A stretch of 64,000 nt of DNA from positions 434,001-498,000 of the forward strand of contig RSEE01000046.1 of the NCBI GenBank assembly GCA_003971905.1, given 5' to 3'. The position numbers and the translations under genes are program-made. The stretch's first letter is position 1; the number at the start of each line of letters is the position of its first letter. The notes under the pieces were generated by a model, which was given only the letters and a program-made list of their open reading frames with translations, had not been told where the DNA came from and made no database searches. Of the stretch, positions 1 to 12,934 are shown piece by piece. The DNA comes from Moniliella sp. 'wahieum' (taxonomy: Eukaryota).

Positions 1-2192
1 ACACTAGGTGGTAACGCGAGCAGAACACCCTGTGGACCGAGGGTGAGGGCAACGGGCCCAACCAGATGGGTGAAAGCCAAAAGTTGCGGTAAGGTGCCCA
101 TCTTGTCCTCGGGCGCAGGGGGGAGGAGCGCAGCCAAGGCTTGATCGGCTTGTACCCCTTTGACGGTTTGGAAAGTGGACAAGAACGCCTCTGGTGCAAG
201 CTGTTCCGCATGGGTCACCATCCTCTTCAATTCGAGCAGGTTAGGGGTGACAAGGCGCGTGCCCTTCGTTCTGCTCGCTTCTCCTTGCGCCGCCATCAAC
301 GCTTCCACTGCCCGCACAGACTTGACCGCCGATGTAGGCTCCACCAGCGCTATTCCGCCCTCCGCACTGTTCTTCTCGAGCGCACCACGAAGGGTGGGTA
401 CGGGCAGATTACTGTCCAGCACCATGGCCGCAGGAATCGTATTGGCAGCGTCATCGATACCGGCTCCCAAGCCAGCGGCAATCTGTTCCGTCGTCATCCG
501 CTCCACCAATGATGTCTGGATCGCCCCCATTCCAACTCGCCGTTGGCGTCGAGGACGAGCGAGGCGGTGGGCGTGCCTTCCTGAGCGCTGTGGGCAGTGA
601 GGCGGAGCAAGCCATCCATCCGCAGCTCGGGCGTTTCGGCGGCCCACAGTGTCTGAAGAAACATGGCGATCGGGTCATTCTGATTGATTGGTCCCACAAA
701 GCGAACTGAACCTGGGCCAGGAAGAAGATGGGTGGGTGCATGTGGCGCCAGGGAGAGAGTATCAAGCATACGTTGCGCCGCTTCCGCCATGTTCGACCCA
801 CGCCACCCAACGAGCGCGCACTGTACCTGGGCCAGTGGTATGGCGAGCGTGGGCAGCGTCAACAAGAAGTTGGGTTGTAATGTCCAGCACCGCACCACCA
901 ATCACGTTGATCCAGGGTGCAGGAAGAGACTGACTAGAAACGCCCGATGGCGCACGCTGTCCGATTCAGCAAGACGAGGGGAAGAAAAAGGTGCATTTCG
1001 CATCAGCCCCACCGCGTATAGGATCTACGCATCCACCAGAATCAGTCACTCACCTCCTGGCCCGGCTGCACTGAGGCATACACCTTTTCCTCGGCCGGCC
1101 GGCTGTTGAGGCGGGCGAGATCAACGGCAGTCCAGGCGGCGAGCTTGGCATTGTTGGTAACCAGCGCCACATTCGAATCGACCGAGGCAGGGCACAATTC
1201 CTTGACCCGCTTCAAGAGCCAAGGTGTGGCATCCTTACCCGAGGAAGCAATTCCTTGCTCCTCCGATTCCCGCACTGCCTGCTCCACCACTGCTGTGATC
1301 TCCTCACCCATCTCGTGCTCGATCGGGATCGGAACCCCAAACACCAGCCCGCCAGCCAGGTGGGCCCGATGAGAAGCAGCAATCCACGCAGCTGCGTGCT
1401 GTGTTCCGGCAATCGGGCACCTGCCGTGTCGACGCGGCGGTATAGAACGAAGGAAAGGCGGTGTGGTGTTCAAGGCGGTGGCCCAGGAGCCCGGGGTCGC
1501 CGAAGGCAATTCGTACTCGGCGGCTGGCAGCCTGCGCGCCTGGCGAAAGGCAGCTACACTCACCCCTTGAGTTTCAAGGTACTCGAGTGTACGAGGAATG
1601 TCAAGAATTGACTTGGCGCCCGAACAAAACACTGCCACAGGCGTCCGACCCAGCTCTGCCAGGTCGGCTGAAACGTCGAGGGAGTTGTGGCCGCCACGGT
1701 GCACACCGCCAATGCCACCAGTGGCAAAGATGGGGATGCCGGCCGCATGAGAGAGAACCATGGTGCCGCTCACCGTTGTGCCGCCCACCGCCAGGCCCAG
1801 CAGCCAGCACACGTGCAATGTCTCGTCGCGACGTCTTGACGGGCGCTGGGGTGCCCTCGGCAGGCGGCTCGGCGAGACGGGCGAGTTGGGCGGGGGTGAG
1901 TCCGACGAGGGCCTTGCCGTCGATCAGAGCCGTGGTGGCAGGCACGGCGCCGGCGGTGCGCACCATGTTCTCGACTTGGTTCGCGGCCTCGAGGTTGCGC
2001 GGGTAGGGCAGCCGTGGGAGATGATGGTCGACTCGAGCGCGACGATAGGCTGGCGCGGGCTACGGCGTCGGCAACCTCGGGGCTGAGAGTGACGAAGGAG
2101 CGGGGCCTGAGGCGGAGAGCGCGGGGAGGTAGCGCGAGGCGTGGACGCGGACGAACAGCGCGCGCATGGCGAGCGAGGACGGTGGCCACCAT
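1..2192 (-). CDS. Pseudouridine-5'-phosphate glycosidase (PsuG/IndA) fused to a PfkB-family pseudouridine kinase; 3' end lies beyond the window start
   Basis: Stitched across frames: MVATVLARHARAVRPR (Arg-rich leader), PIVALESTIISHG, GAVPATTALIDG, VKTSRRD, GGTTVSGTM, FATGGIGGVHRG, DVSADLAELGRTPVAV, GAKSILDIPRTLEYLETQGV. Past an intron starting near 1053 come kinase motifs GGVG(R)NMAEAA, EPTSAVKS, TPNLLEL and TLGPQGV. Several frameshifts. Confidence 0.9.
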
Positions 2193-2651
2193 GGGGGAGA
2201 TGGAGGTGGGGATGCAGAAGCCTGAGGGACGCCGTGAAAGATTGAGCCGAGCATTTAACCGACGCACCAGGCACGCAGCGGCCACACGAGACTGCCCCCA
2301 TGCTGGCTGCGATCGGGCCAACCCCGCACACTGCCCTCCCCCCCGCGCACGACAGGTGATCCCGGTGATCGCTGATCCAACGTGGAGGGGCGGCGGCGCC
2401 CAGGGGCAGTGTGCTGTCGAGGTTGGCTGCTGCGCCGTCGTCAGGCATCATGCTCGTTGACGCGTGATGGTTGATCATTCCTGCCCGTCGTCTGTCTTTG
2501 GCCTGCCCACCCCACCACCATCGTCCCCGAGGCTTCCCTGCGCTGGCGCAGCCACTCGTCTTGACGGCGACGCCTCCCCCTCCCCCTCCCTTCCTCTCCG
2601 CCGCTCTCTTGCCACGGGCCTGGCGCCCTGCTCTCCCCCCCCGTCCCCGCC

Positions 2652-5600
2652 ATGCGCTGCACCCTCTTCCTCCTGGGTGCGTGGCTGCCGCAGCTGCAGC
2701 TGGTCCTGCAACCGAGCCACACCATGCGCACCTCCATCGCCACGCCCACCTTGCCTCCCGCTACGAGCAGTCTGTCACTGTTACCCCGAACCTCGTCAAC
2801 GCCTGGCACCGCACCCACGATGCCGACCTCGACGCTGATGGGTCGAGTGACAGCGATGACAATGGCCAGGACGACTCGCAGCCCAGTTCTTCTCAGGGGC
2901 ATCTGGTCTTCGCAATCCACCCTCCACCCACATCATCTTACGGGGACGGACAGAGCAGCGGTCTCACGCATCCTCCCTCTGGTCCAGCTCGTCTCATCCC
3001 CACCCTTCTTCGTCTTCTGCTCGACCTGGAAACCCTCGAGCACCGATGGCTCCGGATCCGGTTCCGGGAACAGTTGGTCCAGTTCTTCACAATACCGTTC
3101 CTCCTCCTTTTCATCCAGCCCGACCTCATCCAGCGCGGACGGATCCAGTTCGGGATCGGGGTCGGGATCGGGAAGGAGCGATTGGTCTAGTTCTTCTCGC
3201 TACCATCCCTTTCTTCTTTTTCGTCTTCCGCTTGGCATCCTCGAGTATGCATGGGTCGGCTCGGTTCGAGTTCGGGTTCTGGATCGGGTTCTGATCAGGA
3301 TCAGGCACGGAATCGGGACAAAACAGCTGGTCCAGGTCTTCCCATTATCACTCTTCGCCCCTCCGGCTTCTAGCTGGCCGCATTCGAGCACCGACGGTTT
3401 GACTTCGAGTTCAGGGCACGGGAGCTGGTCCAGTTCTTCGCATTACCGCCCTTCTTCTCCTACCTCTAGCTGGCAATCCTCGAGTACGGATGGCGGAGCC
3501 TCGGCTTCTGGTACCAGCAGGCACACCAGCTCTTCATATCACCACCCTTCTTCCTCTGTTACCTCCAGCTGGCTACCCACCGGGACGGATGGCTCCGGCT
3601 CAGGTTCTGATTCGAGTATGAAGTCAGGTCAAAGCAGCTGGTTGAGCTCCTCGAAATGGTCTAGTTCGTCATATCGCTCCCCTTCGGCTTCGAGTGCTAG
3701 CTGGAAATCTTCGTCCAGCCGTGGTCCAGCTCTCATCGCCACCCATCCTCTTCGTGAGCTGGGGGTCTTCAAGTGAGGGATCTGGATATGGAGGGTCTAG
3801 CTCGTCTGAATTTCCGTCCAGTCGGTCCCGGTCCAGCTCCCGCTCATCCCCCTCGCAATTTCCTCGAGCTGGCGTCCTTCGGAGAGCAGTACGGGGTCAG
3901 GATCGGGTGCTGGCTCTTCGTCTCGTTCTGCCTTGCCTTCTTCGAGCGGGAAAGCCTCCGAATCCTACAGCTCCAGTCTGGCACAAAACTCGTTCCACCA
4001 ACCCAGCTCATCCGCAACTCACTCTACTCGTCTTCGTCACACCAGTTGTCATCTGCCGGTTCAACGAGTGGCAGCTGGACAAGCTTCCATCACCCTGCGT
4101 CTTCCTCAACGTATCCATCAGGGAGTGGATCAAGTCAACGTTCGGATTCCCGCTCTTCGAGTTTGTCCTGGCAGCATTCGTCCAAGCATTCGTCCAACTC
4201 GAACTCTCTGTCCTCAGGTGCTCAATCTGTGTACAGCGGCAGCAGCGGTTCAAGTGAAAGCCTCAGTACAGACGCTTCGTCTACATCAAGATCCTCATTC
4301 ACGTCTTCAAATTCTCGCGGTGGCCCTTCAAGCGACGCCTCAGTGTCATCCAGTACCAGGTCTACGCCCAGTGGAGGATATCGCTCAAGCTCAGGATATG
4401 GATCCTTCTCTGCAAGCTCATTCCATCCCTCCTCTGTAAGATCATTCTCATGGCATCACAGCCGTACTCGTTCACGGCACCCAGGATCATGGCGGCCATC
4501 GCGATCGTCGCAGTCCTCTTCCGCCTCGGGGTCGGTGCCCACTTCGTTGTCGGGAGTCGGAAGCCAATCGAACACGAAGACATCGCCTGTTTGGTCTAGC
4601 CCCGTGAGCTCGCAACCATACCATCGCTCCTCTTCTAATTCACCCGCATCAGGGAAGAGCAGTGGGGTTAGCTCTGCGTCCGGTTCGAACAGTGTACAAA
4701 GCAGCAGGAGCATTAAGTCGAACACACATATGCCGTGGTCGCGTTCTTCGACGAATCAAGGTTTCCCCACCATCAGCGTGTCGAGTTTGAGCTCATCCAA
4801 CACCATATCCACCGCCACCCCTACAAAGTCCTCCTCAGTTGCAAGTGTGCCAACATCCCATTCGAACTTGTCTACGGCTGTGTCCCATCGATCTCTCCCT
4901 CCCGCTCTCACCCCTCCTCCCATGTGTCAAGCTCGTCGGCCATATTTGGAACGGGATCCGGAAGCCAACGTAGCTCCTCCTTCCCTTGGTGGCTCAGTTC
5001 CGTTTCTTTCAAATCGTCGTCGACGGGTTGGAGGTCGCACCGTCCGTCTTACCGCCCGAGCGCATCCACGTACGGTTCAAGTAGTGCTGGACTGAGTTCA
5101 AAGTCGGGATCGGTGCACAGCGGCAGCTCGAGAGCCCTCGCTAATGTCCTCCAGTATTCATCGACCAGCCAGTTCAGGTCTCACAGCCACTCGGCCTCTC
5201 TGGGCTCGTCCACGTCTGCAACTGAAGCAAGCTCCAGTTGGGGAAAATCAGCGGTAGTGCATCTTCCTCATCGGTGAGCCACGCTTCCGCTCTAGTGGTT
5301 CGCACTCACAGAGCAAGCGGCCTTCCTCGCTCTCATTTACCAAAAACCCACTTCGGTACTCTCATCCTCCGTGTCACGGTCACAGAGTACGTCGTTGAGC
5401 TCGTCAGGAACCGAATCGAGCATGAGCTCTTCCTCTTTCTTCCCGGTGGTGGCCGTGGCCCACGTCCTCTTCCATCATCTCAAGCTCTGGTAAACCATCC
5501 ATCTGGGTGCACTCAAGCACAGGTCCGCATTCAAGCTCGGATGTATCATCTTCTAGTGGAACGATGCGGTCAAGTTCCAGCCCCACCCATTCCCATTCTG

Positions 5601-7997
5601 TGGGGCTTTCTTCCTCGACGGCTCTGACCACAGTTCGACCTCGGCGTCCGGTTCCCCGAGCTCGATTTCCATTCTTCCCCTGTCCGTTCATCCAGTTTCC
5701 CCTCCTCTTTTGGTTCCTCTAGCTTCTTTGGGACAGGTACAGCTAGTTTCAGCTCCAACGGGTCCCTGTCGCGTTCCAAACCTGGTTCTTCGGCGTCCTC
5801 ATCTAGCTCTCATTCAAGTGTGCTCACGAGCAGCTCTGTTCGGGCATGGACTCGAGCAGTTCTGCTACCTACCTCACCGCTCGAGTGTCTTGTCCTACCC
5901 TACCAGTGGAAGCAAGAGTTGGTCTTCGTCCAGTGCTTCCTCGTCGTCTTCCACTAGCAGCTGGCGCCATACTACCACTACGAGCAGCACCAGGAGCAGC
6001 AGCACCAGGAGCAGCAGCACCAGGAGCAGCAGCACCAGGAGCAGCAGCAGCAGCAGCCCCTACGAGCCGTACAGCTATGCCCCCACCTCGTCGCTCTTGG
6101 TCCCGCCGTCTCCATCTTCCTCAAGCTACTCCGCGACTCTGTCGTCTACGCCTCAAAGTGCCTCCACTCCCGCACCAAGCTCCTCTCCCAGAGCAGCGTT
6201 TCCGTATATGGATCGAGCAGCCGCGGTTCTTCTTCTAGCAGTGACACAAGCGTCCAGTCATCGAGCCGCTCTACCGCTCCGTCGTCATCGCCATCGCCAT
6301 CGCCATCTCATGCACCCTCCCTGCCTATGGCGATCGAACCCATGGCATCGCCAACCCAGCCGCCAGGAACAACCAGCGTTGCAATCCACTTTGTCGATCG
6401 GCTCGCTTGGTCTGACGTGGCCGGTCCCAACGCAGGAGAGCTTCCTGCTCAATTATTCCAGTTCATGCCGCAAGTGTTGCTATGGTACGTTTGCATGTCA
6501 TACTTCCCTTCTCCTCGACCAGGCAACTGACTTATACACTCATTAGGCCTTATCCATTCCGGTTGCCAACGTGACGGCGGCTGCTCTGGAAGCCTACAAT
6601 GATGCCAAGGCGACGACGGCCAAAGCGGCTCCTCTGACAATTGGAACGCTTCAACGCTGTTTATTGCCTACATTCCCACGAATCAGGTGGCAACGCTTCA
6701 GTCTGCTCTCCGTAACACTTCCTCCCAGTTGTTTACCAAGCAGTCCTCGACGGTGGCTAAGCAGTTAGCGTCCTACATTGACCCAGGATACAACGTTTTG
6801 TCATCTGCTGGCACCTACTCTTCACATCCCAGTTGCACGCCCGCCCAGGTACGTCGGGTTCCCATAGCGTGCGCGACGCTTTGATTGGCGTCGGCACCGC
6901 TCTGGGTGTCGTTCTCTTGGTCGGAGGGGGTGTGTTGGGCTGGTGCTGGAAAACGAAAGAACGGGTCCAAAGCAGGGAGGACTCACCGTCTTAGCTCTGT
7001 GGCTGTTGGGGCGGCATCTCGGTCCAGTGTCGAGCGGCCACATAGAGCAGCACGATTCGTTCGTTCTCGACCCGAGATGCGGACGCTGGGATACCTGCGA
7101 CGCCGGTGGTGCGTGCACCGACAGTGCGGTCGTTTGGGGCGAGAGCGGTGGGAACTGGATCCGATGGATCAGGACGACCTCCTTGGCCTTGCTTCGTCTC
7201 ACTCTGCGACACGGGCGACGTTCATGGACTTGACTCCTGGTCCACCGAATGGACTTGGGCTCAGAGGCACGGGAGCCACCAGTCCGCCTACCGAGCTGAG
7301 GCAAAGCTTGGACGCCTCCTCTTCCTTGCGTGCTTACGCCCGGGCCATCCAGTACCCTTCCAACAACGACGTATCTGACGTGGAGCATGGTCGAGGCCAG
7401 GCGCGTTCGCACGGTTACGCTCGCACCAGCTCATGCGGTGGCCCAGACGCTACGCATGGGACCAGTGATCCTTTCGCTAGCAGGAGCTGCATGGCTATCA
7501 TCCCTCCACGTCGTCTGCTGCGGCAAGCCTTGAGCAAGAGGCGAATCGGGACTTGCTCCCGCGTCTCGGCCTTTCGCTCGGAAGGTATCGAGCTCCGTTC
7601 GTCCCTAGCATCGGAATGGACCCAACCATCTATGGCCGGGCCTGGCAGCGAGACCAATCCCTGCGCCCCTCAAGGTAACTCCAACATGAGCCAATCACTT
7701 GGCCCGGTCCCTGTCTCCGTGCTGCCTCGTGCTGGCCACGTCTCGGTTCATGGAGTAGCCAGTGAGCTGTCCCTTGCAAAGCCGTTTTCCTCTGTTTCCT
7801 CCGTTCTTTTTCTCCCTTGCCGATCTCTTGTCTCGATACTCGTTCCCGTCACGGTTTCGCCAGCAGGAACCCTGCGACACTCTCTGTCGCCTCACAATGT
7901 TTTCCCCAACCTCCTCCCGCTGGCGGGAAGTGGTGTGGGGACCAATATTTTCCTGACCGTCATCCTTATAACTCCTCCTAACCAAGGCGGCCGATAG
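2652..7997 (+). CDS. Msb2/Hkr1-like signalling mucin (signal peptide, very long Ser-rich ectodomain, HMH-like domain, one TM helix, cytoplasmic tail); exact stop uncertain
   Basis: N-terminal MRCTLFLLGAWL, then about 3.5 kb of Ser/Thr-rich coding sequence in successive frames. Next are TTSVAIHFVDRLAWSDVA...AQLFQFMPQVL, an intron at 6485-6546, and TLQSALRNTSSQLFTKQSSTVAKQLASYIDPGYNV. A hydrophobic LIGVGTALGVVLLVGGGVLGWCW segment at ~6881-6950 is followed by basic residues. Confidence 0.7.
5983..6057 (+). repeat. 15-bp coding tandem repeat (AGCAGCACCAGGAGC, SSTRS) x4 plus an AGC run
   Basis: Read directly from the sequence. Confidence 0.9.
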
Positions 7998-9037
7998 AAC
8001 CGTGAGAAAAGGCCATGTATAGAATGAGAGGCGGGCAGGGGCTCTAAGATTGTGGGCAAGATGCGAGTGGCACTGACTATGTAGATTTCCAAGCACCGAT
8101 GCCCCTTCCCGCGGTCATTAAAAGCCGAGAGAGTCACCATTCACCATGATCGATGATCCATCGATATGCTCCAATGTGGGGAGGCAAAAGCTAAACGAGA
8201 CTTTCTATAACACAACGGGGAAGGCACACGCAACCACATCGCTTCGACCTTTTTTTGTTGTACTAATTTCAGTTGGTCCTAGTATACCGAGTTGCGAGCG
8301 GCCAAAACAGTGTCGCCACTCCGTCCGCTGCCCATTATACTCTGAATCGCCACTGCGCTCATTAATCATTCTTGATCGATGATTGAAGCGCTGCGAAAAG
8401 CTAGGGCACTGTATACTAACTGTGGACCTCAACGTGGAGAAGCAAATACATATATGCTGACTAGTGACTATAGAGATGGGTTTTCGACCGAGGGCACAAG
8501 CAAAGCACAGTACGATAGTGACTACAGCGCGCGGGAAAATTTACCCGGGTTGCAGAGGAGAACAAAGAGCCCTTCGGGCAGAGGAAGAAAGAATATAGAC
8601 CATTATTCGGACAAAGGAAGAGCTACCCCTTTGGTCTTTGGCTGGTACCCCGGACCCCTGGTCGAATCGGTGAAGCGGGGCGGAGGGCAAAACAAAGGCC
8701 ACCAAGGTATTACACGTGAGATCTGAGTTGGGGCCATTCCCCAGGGCCTGAGAAGAGTCCCATGGGATATCACAGAATTGGGTGAGATGGATGATGTGAT
8801 AGGTACCAAACAACACTCAGACTAAGCAAACAGGTTGCCACCAAGTCATATTGTTTACCGTCCGATACTCAAATATAGAAGTCACTAGTTACTGACGAAG
8901 CGCCAAGCTAACAAGCCGATATTTCCTGTGGCCACACAGCTTTGACACAGAAAGATGAGCAGCGATGAGAACGACATTCATAGAAGGGGTTTTCATAAAG
9001 GTAGGTGAAGAGAAGACAGTGCTGACCACCGTACGGG

Positions 9038-11356
9038 TCAGGCGGATCGAGAGCCAAGGGATATAGAACGTTTCTTTCCAACGTAGACAGCGCGACAGGA
9101 CAAAGAAGCCAGTGCAGTGCTACTAATAAAAGGTGGGGGAAGGCAAACAACCAGGACGAGAACAAGGACTAATCGTACAGAACTGCACAGAGCGATTTCG
9201 AAACCAAGACGAGGATGACGGGGGAAGAGGGACAGCTGCCAAGCTACTCCCAATAGGAAGACTTCGGGGGACAGAACGGAATGTCTGCAGGCGTGCATCT
9301 GGCAGGTGGGGGAATCGGGTCTCACAGCAGAGGAGGGATGTGAACACTGGCAGCAACGCTTACCAGCGTTCATCCCGATCGTCGGACTCGGATTGGTCGG
9401 GAGACGTGAAGGGGGAGTCCGAATCGGATACCAAGGGCTTGGGGCCGGGCCATTCGTCGCCTCCCTCAAGGAGGCGAACACCACATCTGGCGGGATACCA
9501 AGAAAGGAAAGGCTGCGACCCGCCATCTCTGGTGCCTCATCGCTCGCGCGCTCAAACGACGTTTGTACGCTCGCACCGCTCGAGTCGGAAGGGCTGGGGC
9601 TTAGGATCGACTCGTGTTCAGCCAGAAATGGTCCGGCCATGGTTTTATCTGCCACCAAGGGGGGTGTTGTCTCAGTCGACTCTCTTGGTTCATTCCACCC
9701 ATCATTCTTGAGTTCGTCACCACCGGACCAACCAAAAATGATGTCCATTCAGCTCATGGGATTGGTTGGACCATCATCTGGGGCGGGGGCTAAACGTGCG
9801 GCAGGCAAGGTACCGAAAGCGGGCGTTGTAACGCCTATCGTATTCGCTGATCTGCAAAAAGCAAAGATAAAAAAAAAAGTGGGGATCAGCATCATGTATA
9901 TTTTAACCCACAGGGCGTGATCTAGGTGGCAATAGGGGGAGGGGAGAGCAGAGCCGCAACAGCAGGCGACAGACAACAGAAAGAAGGATTGCGCGACAGG
10001 CAACGAGCAACGAGCGAAGGGGAAGGGAGGGTGTGCTTACAATTGCTGAGTCGGGCTATGGGCCAAGGAAGGCGCTGGCACCGACGAAGGGGTTTCCCAG
10101 CTCCCTGACACGGGCTGCAGCGGGCTGTTGAACGCGGGCAGTCGTTGTGCAGGTGGCACGGAATCGAAGGAGGATGCGGCAAATTGCAGGCCTAACGGGG
10201 TGGTTGCAACTTCGGGTGAAGGAAGGCCAGAAAGGGTAAAGACGTTGGCGGGGGAATCGCCGGCGATGGGACCATGGGCGTCATAACTTGTACCCAGGAA
10301 AGCCCGTCGAGAAGCCCAAGCCCAGCGATGGCAACGGCGCGGGGACAGTGGCATTGCCCATGGGACTGGAACCTGGACACTCGACTCACGACTTGCCGCA
10401 GAAGACGGCGGAGGTACGGTCCGTGGCGCTTTGCGGTCATGCTTTACCGACCCACCCGACGCGGCAGCCTGAGTAGTAGCCGTTGTAGGGCGTCGAGGGC
10501 GTCAATGTGCCCTAGCTGGGTCCGAACGACAACCGCTTTCTTCCCTGTGCGCCATTCGGCCAAAACATCGGGGGTAAGAGTCCACCAAGAACCCTTACCT
10601 GGCACGTGGGATGGTCGTGGCAATTTGGTAAAGTAGGCGTTCTTGATAGACAGAGTCGACTTGATCCGGTTTTTGACTTTGCCCTGTGAGCAGAGAAGTA
10701 ATGTGTTATGTGAGTTAATGAGTTGGCTTTGTAGCGAAAGAGACGGGTCCAAGGAACAATACATACCTCCCAATCTTTACCCACGGCCCATTCACGAATT
10801 TCGGGGAACAGCTGACACATGCGGAGAAAGAGGTCCTGGACGACCATGCGCGGTTCGGCGAGCTCAGCAAGCGTCTGGCAGATCATATCGCACCAGTTGA
10901 GGCGTGTACCGACAAGCGTGCCCGTGGGTTCACGAGGGGCTCGAGGCGGCATAGAGGCAAACATTGGCGGAGGTGGACGCGAGGCAGGGAGAGGGAAAGC
11001 GGAAAGGGTACACGCGGGGACTGGAGGAGGGCGGGGCCATAAAAGGTGCTGGCCTGGCGGGGCGGATGTAGACGGGCTGATGATGGAGGTCAAGCCTGGC
11101 GCAGTCCAGTCGCGCATGAGGAAGGCGTTGGAGGGTTGGGCAGCAGCGAGGTCAAACGATGCAGCGCGCGCAGGCGCCAGGGGAGGCAAGGCAGGAGAGA
11201 GGAGCCCCGGTCGAGAGGGGATGCCACGAGGGGCAAGTACTGATTCGGGGCCGACATGCTGTTGGGGGGTAGGTTCAGAGGCAGGCTGCTCTGGCTGCGG
11301 ATGGAGGGCACGGGTGGTGCTGACTGCAGTGGAAGGGGCAGGGGCAGAGTGGACAT
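9038..11356 (-). CDS. Forkhead/winged-helix transcription factor (divergent); 3' end uncertain
   Basis: RLNWCDMICQTLAE...VVQDLFLRMCQLFPEIREWAVGKDWE, phase-0 intron at 10684-10766, then GKVKNRIKSTLSIKNAYFTKLPRPSHVPGKGSWWTL. PGKGSWWTL is the forkhead wing signature. A second intron lies at ~9852-9911; flanks are Pro/Ser-rich. Confidence 0.75.
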
Positions 11357-12289
11357 GGCGAAAGGTGGGGTAAAGCGGCGATGGGCCAGGTGGCTCCGTC
11401 TGGGGCGGGGTTCGGGCTTGGCCGTGGGCCAGGAGAAAGGGGGTGACGATACGTGGAGCTCACGTGCCGAGAACGCTTGCTGGGCGTGGAGGCGGAGCAC
11501 TGGAGTGGCTGAAGGGGCGCTGGATGCCTGCAGACGAGGGTGAGTGCTGGGGCGGAGAGGGCAGGGCAGTGGGTAGGGACAAAAGCGGGACCTTGAGGCC
11601 AGGGGGCCTGAGACGAGACGGGAAGGGCTGGCGCGGGGAGCAGGGCCAGGTGAGGGGGAGGGAGAGGGAGAGGGGGGGCGAGGAGGTGGTGGTGGCGGCA
11701 GGACAGGAAGCCGGTTGGGTCGGAGGGGCGACACAGGGTTCCCGAGGGTGCCTGGTGCACAACCTCCGATAGCAACCGGGCAGGCATACGCAGTACAGTA
11801 CGCAGCCCTCCATCCCCAGCCCCCCAGGACGCTGGCTACGTACAGTGGCAGGGCAGGGCAGCTATGTACAGCACGCTCCTGCTCTCGCGACTGCCGCACT
11901 GCGCCTGGGCCAGGTTGTTCCGGGGCATAATGCAGAATGCAGATGCAGAATGCATAAATGGGCAGCCTGTGCACAGACTCACACACCCGCCGCCAGCACA
12001 GCAGCAGGGCACAGCAGGGCACAGCAGAGCACCGCTCCTCTGGCCCATGGCCGTGGCGGCATGGCCGGTGGCGGCGGTGGGTGGTCAGAGATCTGAGCGC
12101 TGGTGTGTAATGTCTAGTTCATGTCTCGGAGCTAGACCGAGCTTTGTTGGTTTCGATCGCCTCGCCTACAGTTTTCCCGCAAGCCTTGCGTCGCCAGGGC
12201 GGCGCTGGCCTGCGCTCGCCCTCCCTGCGAGAGTGCATCCTTCAGCCCCAGTGCCTGTGTATCCAGGCCACTCGATGCTCGAGATAATC

Positions 12290-12774
12290 AAACCCATGCA
12301 TCACCATCATCCATCATGGCACTGAGTACTTAGTACTTAGTACTGTAGAGTATTGCCGGTCACACTACGATCGAGTGATGGGTTAATAAGTCACTTTAAA
12401 GTTTAATGTTCATAGTGTTGGTGATCAATGATCGAGATCAATGACGAGTGACTGGTGACTAGTGATCGATGATATCTATGCGATGCATGATGCATCATGC
12501 CTGCTCTGCGCTCATAAACGTACCATAAACGCGGGAACGCGTTTTCGACTTCATCAGGAGCATCATGCATCATGCATCGCTCCTCACGCATCACGCGTCA
12601 TCTCTTCCCCGCTCTGATATCTGCGATCTGAGTCTTGAGGGGTTCCTGACCGGCCGACCGCTTGAGGCAGGTCCTCAGGCCACGCGACCAAGGCCTTAAG
12701 GCCGTTAAGTCATACTGCTACCAGACCATAACCGTGGCCATTCTTAGATCTTAGATCTTAAAGCTCTTAAAACT
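12290..12774. repeat. Cluster of 7-bp-period TNA+palindrome micro-arrays
   Basis: TGAGTACTTAGTACTTAGTACT, GTGACTAGTGATCGATGA, TGCATGATGCATCATGC, TCATGCATCATGCATC, TTAGATCTTAGATCTTA. Confidence 0.8.
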
Positions 12775-12934
12775 TGTCGGCCTCGCTACTACCACAGAAT
12801 GTGAGCACTGAACGTCGTATTGGACTAAGAAGCTTCTGCGACTGACTCGTCCAGAAGACTGGTGCGAGCTCGGAAGGAATGAAAGCTGACTCACGTGACT
12901 CAGGGTCCGCGCGGTCCTAGGACGGATGTCAACA
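12775..12934 (-). repeat. 3' LTR of the copia element
   Basis: TGTCGGCCTC...GGATGTCAACA; preceded on the minus strand by a short purine tract AGCGGGGG. Confidence 0.97.

Noticed and set aside
1..2192. PsuG-PfkB fusion as a novelty
   Set aside because: The bifunctional fusion is the usual arrangement in many fungi and other eukaryotes.
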